A stretch of 35,275 bases of DNA from Bacteroidales bacterium (lineage in GTDB: Bacteria; Bacteroidota; Bacteroidia; Bacteroidales; UBA12077). Positions 28,691-35,275 of the stretch are shown here, piece by piece. The stretch is from the NCBI GenBank assembly GCA_028282585.1, contig JANQHR010000013.1, positions 1 to 35,275 of the forward strand, written 5' to 3'. The translations under genes were made by a program, and so were the position numbers. The notes beneath the pieces were generated by a model. It searched no databases. It was not told the origin of the DNA and saw nothing but the letters and a program-made list of their open reading frames with translations. Each line of letters starts with the position of its first letter. Position 1 is the stretch's first letter.

Positions 28691-28880
28691 ATCGATAGAT
28701 ACGAATGAATGCCAGTTCTATTATTTCCGGGATAAAGCTATACCTTTTTCATACCTAACCAATTATTATTACATTCGTTTCACAATAAAATTGGCTATAA
28801 TAGCCAACGAACGTACAACTGGCAAAGATCTTCACCTTAAAACCAATAAAGTATTTGTTTTTAAAAATTTTATCAAGAAT

Positions 28881-29501
28881 TTATATATTACTTAATATTG
28901 AATTTACCGTAGCTCTATTCTTATAATTAGGATCAAACTGGACATATTCAATTTTACCATCTTTCCCAATAACAAAAGTGGCAGGAACAGGTAAAAAAGC
29001 TTCGTCCATTCCGTTATTCCTGGGAATATTTACAAGCAGCTTATTCTCTATCATAAGAGTATAGTTTTCTGTAACTTTAAAAAGCACATCATATTTTTTT
29101 TGAATTTTATTGTTTTTATCTGATATAATATCAAATCCAGGCTTGATTTTATCAATTGTTATTTTTAAACCTTCTTCCTGTTCAGGAGTAACAGCAATAA
29201 TTTGAGCTCCTTTTGAAACAATTAAGTCCAAAGAATCCTGATATTGATTTAAATACCTGTTACAAATCGGACACCAATAACCTCTGTAAAATATCAAAAC
29301 AACCTTCCCTTTCCTTAAACTTTCCGAAAGTGAAATAATCTCCCCATTTTGATTAGTTCCGGTAAAATCAGGAGCGATATCACCTATACTTAAACCTTTT
29401 GGTATATCTAGTTTGTTATCAATTCCATATTTAATATAGTCTTGCGAAAAAGAAAACAAACTGATAAAAACGAATGCTGTACATATAATAATTAATTTCA
29501 T
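28881..29501 (-). CDS. Secreted AhpC/TSA peroxiredoxin-like protein
   Basis: GDIAPDF, FYRGYWCPIC, PVPATFVI; signal peptide from ATG 29501. Confidence 0.9.
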   Translation of the reverse strand: MKLIIICTAFVFISLFSFSQDYIKYGIDNKLDIPKGLSIGDIAPDFTGTNQNGEIISLSESLRKGKVVLIFYRGYWCPICNRYLNQYQDSLDLIVSKGAQIIAVTPEQEEGLKITIDKIKPGFDIISDKNNKIQKKYDVLFKVTENYTLMIENKLLVNIPRNNGMDEAFLPVPATFVIGKDGKIEYVQFDPNYKNRATVNSILSNI

Positions 29502-29612
29502 ACTTTTCTTTTTCCTTTGGTCGTATAACATGAAGAATCATTACAATGTTTAAACTATAATTAAAAAGTTTCTAATTTATTCTTAAATTAGTGAACTCAT
29601 ATCCCTTAAAAC

Positions 29613-30347
29613 ATGAAAAAACTAATTAAAAGAATAGCCCTTATATTTGTTTCGATTATTTTATTAATCATAATTTTTATGCTTGGCTATATGTTTAAAG
29701 CCAAATCAGAGATCAAGAAGTTTACGGTTTTAGATACTAAACAAATAACGGAAGATCTTATATCGGTAAAAGATGATTTCGTTAACATATATTTAATGAA
29801 AATAAATAATGGATATGTTATTTTCGATGCAGGAAACAGTATGGAAAATGTAAAAAATGAATTAGCAAAACTGAATATTCATCCTGATGAAATAAAAGCT
29901 GTTTTCTTAACGCACACGGATGGTGATCATGTTGCCTCCGTTCCATTATTTGAGAAAGCTGAAATTTACTTATCTAAAGAAGAACAACGATTAATTAATG
30001 GCGAAGCTTCACGCTTTCTGTTTTTTAGGAACAAAATTGAATGCACTGATTACAACTTAGTCACAGACAATCAAATTATTGCCATTGAAGACCTTTCTGT
30101 ACAATGTATTTTAACACCAGGACATACGCCAGGTTCAACATGCTATTTGGTTAATGACAAATACCTTTTCGTAGGAGATGCATTAAGTATTGTTGATGGA
30201 AAGGTAAAAGAGTTTAACCGTTTTTTTAACATGGATACCGAAACCCAGCTTAAATCAATTAAGAAGTTAAGCCAGTTGGATTCTGTCGAATATATATTTA
30301 CTGGCCATTACGGAATAACAGGCAAAGTTGAACCAGCTTTTAAATAA
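29613..30347 (+). CDS. MBL-fold metallo-hydrolase with an N-terminal membrane anchor
   Basis: FDAG, THTDGDH, TPGHTPG, LFVGD, TGH. Confidence 0.9.
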   Translation: MKKLIKRIALIFVSIILLIIIFMLGYMFKAKSEIKKFTVLDTKQITEDLISVKDDFVNIYLMKINNGYVIFDAGNSMENVKNELAKLNIHPDEIKAVFLTHTDGDHVASVPLFEKAEIYLSKEEQRLINGEASRFLFFRNKIECTDYNLVTDNQIIAIEDLSVQCILTPGHTPGSTCYLVNDKYLFVGDALSIVDGKVKEFNRFFNMDTETQLKSIKKLSQLDSVEYIFTGHYGITGKVEPAFK

Positions 30348-30360
30348 AAGTACATCATGA

Positions 30361-31176
30361 TTGGAAAAATTACTTTTGAAAAATAATCAAATGTTACTTT
30401 CATACATTTTTTATATTGTTTTAATAATACCTCTTTTTCCATTCCTTTCGTTTGAAGGGTTAAAAGTTCAGAAGAAAGTTAAAAAACTACCCGAAGCAGA
30501 AGGAAAATCAGGAATTACAGAACTTAGCACAGATAAACAAAAAAGTATCTTATTCATTGGTGAAAGTGCAATGGCAGGGGTCGGTATTTCTAACCATAAA
30601 AATGGATTTGCCGGTTCACTTTCTAAAGAATTGGCAGATATATTAAAAGTAAATATAAAGTGGAATGTTTATGCCAAAAGAGGTTATACCGTAAAAGAAT
30701 TAACCAGAGAAATAATTTCTGAAATCAAACCGGAAAAATATGATTTAGTTATTATTGGAATTGGCGCTAATGATACTTTTGCTTTAAGAAATCCGTTGAA
30801 ATGGGAAGTACATATCTTTAAAATGATTGATTTAATAAGATTTAGAATTGGTAATGTTCCAATTGCATTTATAAATATTCCCCCAGTCAATGAATTTCCT
30901 GCTTTTTCAAAACTAATGAGATTTACATTGGGAAGAATCTCTTCTATATTAAGAATCGCATTAGCCAGATGTATAAAAAATAAACCGCATATTTATTTTA
31001 ACAGCCAGGAAATAAAGATATCTAACTGGCTTAAAAAAAATAAAAAAGTAAAAAATATGGATGAACTATTCAGTGATGGTGTACATCCGTCAAAAATTAC
31101 TTATCAACTGTGGGCTAAAGATTTTTCAGAATACTTACTTTCTAAAAGAGATATTAAAATTATTTTGAGTAACTGA
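30361..31176 (+). CDS. SGNH/GDSL hydrolase
   Basis: IGESAMAG, GIGAND, DGVHPS; start uncertain (TTG 30361 or ATG 30391). Confidence 0.88.
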   Translation: MEKLLLKNNQMLLSYIFYIVLIIPLFPFLSFEGLKVQKKVKKLPEAEGKSGITELSTDKQKSILFIGESAMAGVGISNHKNGFAGSLSKELADILKVNIKWNVYAKRGYTVKELTREIISEIKPEKYDLVIIGIGANDTFALRNPLKWEVHIFKMIDLIRFRIGNVPIAFINIPPVNEFPAFSKLMRFTLGRISSILRIALARCIKNKPHIYFNSQEIKISNWLKKNKKVKNMDELFSDGVHPSKITYQLWAKDFSEYLLSKRDIKIILSN

Positions 31177-31181
31177 ACCTA

Positions 31182-31604
31182 CTATGTGTAAATTCTAAAA
31201 CTATTTAGCAATCGTATTATCTCTCTTGTACTGTCCTTTATTAGTTCTTCAGAATTTGAACTTGTCATAAATTCTGAATAACCAGGGATTTGCGCTGCTT
31301 GTTTATTATTAATTATACGAAATCCCATTGACCAATCAGGAAACGCTCTCTTTTTAATAGGTTCCTCAAGAAGGGTTACAATATTTTCATGTCTGGGATC
31401 TTTATTAATTTGATTATATAGTTTTATTAGAGCTTCTTGTTCTCCCTCAATTACCTGAATAAATGATCTATCGTTATAAAGAAGTAAACCGGTTACACCA
31501 TTTTTTTCATTTTTTCTTCTAATAACCTTAAGTAACTCCTCTAACTCATGCTCTGATAGCTCTTTAGTTGAGAAACTCACGTATGCAATATGATAAAGCT
31601 CCAT
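31182..31604 (-). CDS. Stand-alone BLUF-domain blue-light sensor
   Basis: Conserved Y.S, N...VTGLLL, FIQVIEG, DPRH, F.DWSM. Confidence 0.92.
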   Translation of the reverse strand: MELYHIAYVSFSTKELSEHELEELLKVIRRKNEKNGVTGLLLYNDRSFIQVIEGEQEALIKLYNQINKDPRHENIVTLLEEPIKKRAFPDWSMGFRIINNKQAAQIPGYSEFMTSSNSEELIKDSTREIIRLLNSFRIYT

Positions 31605-31749
31605 AAAATCGAAAATACTAACCCAATATAGAAACAGGTACTCTCTAATTTAGTTTAAAAACCTAACAAATTAATTTAAAATTAATTAATGCTTTAATTC
31701 AATATTCTTAGCTAATGCTATTTTTACTATATTTGAGAAAAACCGAACA

Positions 31750-33498
31750 ATGATCCATAATTATTTCAATTACAAAATAAAAATTACCGATAAACCTTTT
31801 ATTTCTGAATCCGGAAATCAGTTCAAAAACACGGCAGCAATATCATTTCTTGATGAAAATAAAAAGGAAATTGCTTATACCGAACTCGGTTTTATTGACA
31901 AAGAAGAGGTTTATCAAATGGTTGACGAAGAAAAACCATTAAATTTGGATCAGTGCTATATTGAGAATTTTTCTTTAACGGATTATCGCGAAAGCCGGAA
32001 TATTGAAAAAAAGACATATATTACAATTCATGGTTTCTCTGCTTATAATACTTTTTTTGATTCGCGCATAATTACAGATTTTTCTTTTGCAGAATTTAAT
32101 GATGAATATGAAAATTTTGAAAATGCACATTTTTTAAATGGTGCAGTATCATTTCAATCCGCAAAATTTCGCCGGGGAGGCATAAATTTTACATATGCCT
32201 ATTTTAATGATGGAAATGTTGATTTTTCTGCTGTTGATTTTGGTTCGGGCGAAGTGAATTTTAAGAATTCATGGTTCGGAACAGGGCATAAGAATTTTCA
32301 GGATGCTCATTTCGGTGAAGGGAACGTACTATTTGTAAATACCGAATTTAATGATGGCGATATAACCTTTGTGAATACTATATTTAAGTCAAATCGGGTT
32401 TCATTTAAAGTGGCTCGTTTTGGTAAAGGTAAAATCAGTTTTCATTTTGCCAGATTCCACTGTAAAGAACTACTTTTTGAACGTACTGAATTTGGTGACG
32501 GTAAAGTAGATTTTCGTACGACAGAATTTGCCGATGCCAAAGTAAGTTTTAACCGTTCCGTATTTGGAGATGGAGAAAAATCTTTTGAGGCTGCTCAACA
32601 TAAATTTGGAAAAGTTACTTTTAGAAAATCTACTTGGGGTGATGGAAATGTTTCTTTTGAACAGATTGAATTTGATAATTCTACTCTTTATCTCGATAAT
32701 GCAGATTTTGGAAAAGGAAATTTAAGCTTTAACAATTCAAGAATAAATAAACTTTCCCTTAAGTCTTGTCATTTGGATTATTATGTTGATTTAAGGTTGT
32801 CTAAATGCAAATTTATTGATCTCTCGGATACCATTGCACGTGATATTATTGATCTAAAACCACATGATTTCCAACTCGAAATTGGAACAATTAATTTTTC
32901 CGGTATGCGGTTAATCGGACGTATTTATATTGATTGGAGTATTAACAATATAAAGGAGCTTATATATTCGCAGAAGGATACATCGCATCGCGCATTTGCA
33001 GAACAATTTCGTATTTTAAAAGAAAATTTCAGTACCACCGGTCAGTATGCCGATGAAGATAAAGCATATGTTGAATTTAAAAGAAATGAACTTATAGCTG
33101 ACCTGAAAGATGGTAAAAATAAAAAGTTATTTATTAGAATTTGGAGATACCCATCTTATGCTTTTCAATGGCTGATATTTGATAAAGTTGGTTTATATGC
33201 AACCAATCCATTGCGCGTTTTAGCCAGTATGTTATTTGGATATATTTTCTTTTCATTACTTTATTTAATTTTCCCTTTTTTTGTCAATACGCAAATAGTA
33301 TCATCACTTGGTGATCCGGATAAATTGGGCCCCGTAGCCGTTGCGTTTTACCATAGTGCCATTACCTTTTTAACCATTGGTTACGGTGATTATTACCCTT
33401 CGGGTACTTTCAGGTGGCTTTCTGGCATAGAAGGTTTCGTAGGCTTGTTCTTAATGTCTTATTTTACTGTTGCATTTGTTCGTAAAATTTTAAGATAA
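31750..33498 (+). CDS. Pentapeptide-like repeat protein fused to a 2-TM K+ channel pore
   Basis: Tandem ~12-aa F...F..G.V.F repeats; C-terminal TM-pore-TM with TFLTIGYGD; TATATTTG 31728-31735 upstream. Confidence 0.85.
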   Translation: MIHNYFNYKIKITDKPFISESGNQFKNTAAISFLDENKKEIAYTELGFIDKEEVYQMVDEEKPLNLDQCYIENFSLTDYRESRNIEKKTYITIHGFSAYNTFFDSRIITDFSFAEFNDEYENFENAHFLNGAVSFQSAKFRRGGINFTYAYFNDGNVDFSAVDFGSGEVNFKNSWFGTGHKNFQDAHFGEGNVLFVNTEFNDGDITFVNTIFKSNRVSFKVARFGKGKISFHFARFHCKELLFERTEFGDGKVDFRTTEFADAKVSFNRSVFGDGEKSFEAAQHKFGKVTFRKSTWGDGNVSFEQIEFDNSTLYLDNADFGKGNLSFNNSRINKLSLKSCHLDYYVDLRLSKCKFIDLSDTIARDIIDLKPHDFQLEIGTINFSGMRLIGRIYIDWSINNIKELIYSQKDTSHRAFAEQFRILKENFSTTGQYADEDKAYVEFKRNELIADLKDGKNKKLFIRIWRYPSYAFQWLIFDKVGLYATNPLRVLASMLFGYIFFSLLYLIFPFFVNTQIVSSLGDPDKLGPVAVAFYHSAITFLTIGYGDYYPSGTFRWLSGIEGFVGLFLMSYFTVAFVRKILR

Positions 33499-33503
33499 TA
33501 TTC

Positions 33504-33815
33504 ATGGGCTCAGGTTTTGCTTTTGATGAAATAAGAAAACTGCAATATACTCTTGCATTAAAAAAGATATACCGAAATAGGTATAAGGATATGCGAGAAG
33601 CAGTTTCAAAGATTAATTCAAAATATAGCTCTTTTAAGGATAAAAGCAACCTAACCTCTGAAGAACTTGCTATGTACAAGAAAAAAATCAGGGCTAGAAT
33701 TATTTACAACAGGCAAAAAACGTTTATAAAATCTTTTTTAATTACAATTTTGTTAACGGGTGCTATAGGGTTTATTTCAGTTATTCTTTTTAATTATTTC
33801 TTAAGTTCTTTCTAA
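33504..33815 (+). CDS. Small basic hypothetical protein with a C-terminal TM helix
   Basis: 103-aa ORF 5 bp downstream of the channel gene. Confidence 0.6.
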   Translation: MGSGFAFDEIRKLQYTLALKKIYRNRYKDMREAVSKINSKYSSFKDKSNLTSEELAMYKKKIRARIIYNRQKTFIKSFLITILLTGAIGFISVILFNYFLSSF

Positions 33816-33878
33816 CTACTTTACTTTATTTCCTTTTTTTCGTAATTTTCCTTCGATCCATATCAAAAATGTATTAGT

Positions 33879-35081
33879 ATGTCTAAAAGGGTAAATAAAA
33901 AGGGTAAAATCGCTATTCTTACAGGTGGTGGCGACGTTCCAGGCTTAAATCCTGCAATCAGAGCAGTAACAATTAGAGCATTACGTGAAGGTTTCGAAGT
34001 TATCGGAATCCGTAGAGGTTGGCTTGGCTTAGTGGATATGATTCGAGATAAAAAAGCTGATAATTCGCAATGCTATGAAGTATTAACCGAGCTTCGGGTA
34101 AACAAATCCGGACGTTCCGGTGGAACTTTTTTGCACTCATCACGAACAAACCCCAGTCGAGTTGCAGACTGTAATATTCCTGATCACTTAAAAGAAACAT
34201 ATAATGATCCAAGAAATGATTTGACCTCCGAAGTTTTAAAAAACCTGGAATTTCTTGGAATAGAATATTTAATTCCCATCGGTGGAGATGATACGCTTAG
34301 CTATGCAGTAAGATTATATCAGGAAGGAGTTAAAGTTGTTGCCATACCGAAAACTATGGATAATGATGTCCCCGGCACTGATTATTGTATTGGTTTTAGT
34401 ACCTGTGTAACAAGGACAATACAAATTACAAATAATCTAAGAACCAGCGCCGGTTCTCATGAGCGATTTATGGTACTTGAAGTTTTTGGCCGTTATGCCG
34501 GATTCACAGCTATGCTTCCAACCATGGCAGGGTCAGCAAATAGATGCGTTATTCCCGAATATAAGTTTAAAATCGAAAATCTTACTGAACTTCTATTGGA
34601 GGATAGAATGAAAAACCCAAGCAATTACTCCGTTGTTTTGGTTTCTGAAGGAGCCATGTTTGAAGGAGGCGAAATGGTTTTTGAAAGTGATGTGAAAGAT
34701 GCTTATGGTCATGCAAAACTAGGCGGAATTGGCGATTTGGTATCTGCAAGGCTTAAAGAATATTCTGCTGATTGTACCAAAGGGCGTCCAATTGGTGTAA
34801 TCAATCAAAAACTTGGATATATAGTTCGCGGTGGCGACCCGGACGCTATAGATTCAATTGTGCCGATGGCTTATGGAAATTTAGCATTAGATCTGATTTT
34901 AAAGGGAATTCATGGCAGATTAGTTGCTCTTAAAAATGGAAGGTATGATAACTTACCTATTGATGTTGTTGTTGGTACAAAAAAACTGGTTAATATCAAA
35001 AAATATTATAATACAGAAAGATTAAGGCCATTTTACAAAAGTTTTGAATTACAACCATTGTTTATTATGACAAGTGAATAA
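33879..35081 (+). CDS. pfkA: PfkA-family 6-phosphofructokinase, probably PPi-dependent
   Basis: TGGGDVPGLN, GGDDT and PKTMDND (Asp/Lys at the phosphoryl-donor positions), EVFGR, LGYIVRGG. Confidence 0.9.
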   Translation: MSKRVNKKGKIAILTGGGDVPGLNPAIRAVTIRALREGFEVIGIRRGWLGLVDMIRDKKADNSQCYEVLTELRVNKSGRSGGTFLHSSRTNPSRVADCNIPDHLKETYNDPRNDLTSEVLKNLEFLGIEYLIPIGGDDTLSYAVRLYQEGVKVVAIPKTMDNDVPGTDYCIGFSTCVTRTIQITNNLRTSAGSHERFMVLEVFGRYAGFTAMLPTMAGSANRCVIPEYKFKIENLTELLLEDRMKNPSNYSVVLVSEGAMFEGGEMVFESDVKDAYGHAKLGGIGDLVSARLKEYSADCTKGRPIGVINQKLGYIVRGGDPDAIDSIVPMAYGNLALDLILKGIHGRLVALKNGRYDNLPIDVVVGTKKLVNIKKYYNTERLRPFYKSFELQPLFIMTSE

Positions 35082-35150
35082 AATTCTTTTCTAAAGTAAA
35101 CGTATCACGAACAGGTTCTAATTATCACTTAAAAACATTATGGAAAATAG

Positions 35151-35173
35151 ATTCCTGCTTTCGCAGGAATGAC
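35151..35173. repeat. REP-like hairpin ATTCCTGC-TTTC-GCAGGAAT-GAC
   Basis: 8-bp stem with a 4-nt loop and GAC foot, resembling widespread ATTCCCGC..GCGGGAATGAC repeats. Confidence 0.6.
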
Positions 35174-35228
35174 AGAACGGCAAAGCCAAGCATACATTGG
35201 GGGTGTCCAAAAAGTACAATAGTTAAAT

Positions 35229-35260
35229 TTTGTTCGTATTTTTTACTTTGAGTAACTTTG
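35229..35260 (+). promoter_or_regulatory. Consensus Bacteroidota sigma-A promoter for a gene beyond the window
   Basis: TTTG 35229-35232, 20-nt spacer, TAACTTTG 35253-35260. Confidence 0.65.
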
Positions 35261-35275
35261 TGTCTTCTTTGTGGT

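Noticed and set aside
28791-28807. Palindrome TTGGCTAT-A-ATAGCCAA between convergent genes
   Set aside because: The 1-nt centre and absent U-tail make a terminator call weak; no function can be supported.
12006-30347. Calling the two MBL-fold proteins beta-lactamases
   Set aside because: They have only generic HxHxDH-type motifs, with no subclass-specific evidence.
5398-34212. Other short ORFs nested in or antisense to long genes (e.g. 5398..5589, 9085..9404, 16126..16812, 19381..20361, 24906..25523, 34000..34212)
   Set aside because: Shadow ORFs of well-supported genes.
35199-35215. GGGGGTGTCCAAAAAGT resembling an IS terminal repeat
   Set aside because: No partner repeat or transposase within the window.
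1-35275. Integrase or transposase gene
   Set aside because: No ORF shows tyrosine-recombinase or DDE motifs, so current activity of the array cannot be shown from this window.

Overview
AT-rich DNA that looks like Bacteroidota: TAnnTTTG-type promoters, lipoprotein signal peptides and Bacteroidota-type protein families. Positions 1 to ~7520 form an integron-like gene-cassette array. Seven complete co-oriented cassettes plus one partial carry a TA pair, a membrane protein, a beta-barrel, a tail-fibre-like protein, an ExbD-like domain, an IrrE+PIN pair and a lipoprotein. They are separated by related 57-175 bp imperfect palindromes running ...AAC to GTT.... In most cassettes the first bases after G|TT are the reverse complement of that cassette's own 3' core (three perfect 9-bp matches), which is the signature of circular cassettes integrated at G|TT. 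The long sites carry an apparent Bacteroidota sigma-A promoter in their loop. No integrase is in the window. Next come a non-coding 9 x 21-bp phased GAAGCA array in front of an unknown helical protein, an MCP, decayed cassette or TA remnants, and assorted hydrolases and transporters. A five-gene P1B-6-type ATPase cluster resembles ferrosome (fez) loci. The rest holds adenosine deaminase, a membrane M28 peptidase, a BLUF protein, a repeat-domain K+ channel and a probably PPi-dependent phosphofructokinase. All calls come from reading the sequence; no searches were run.
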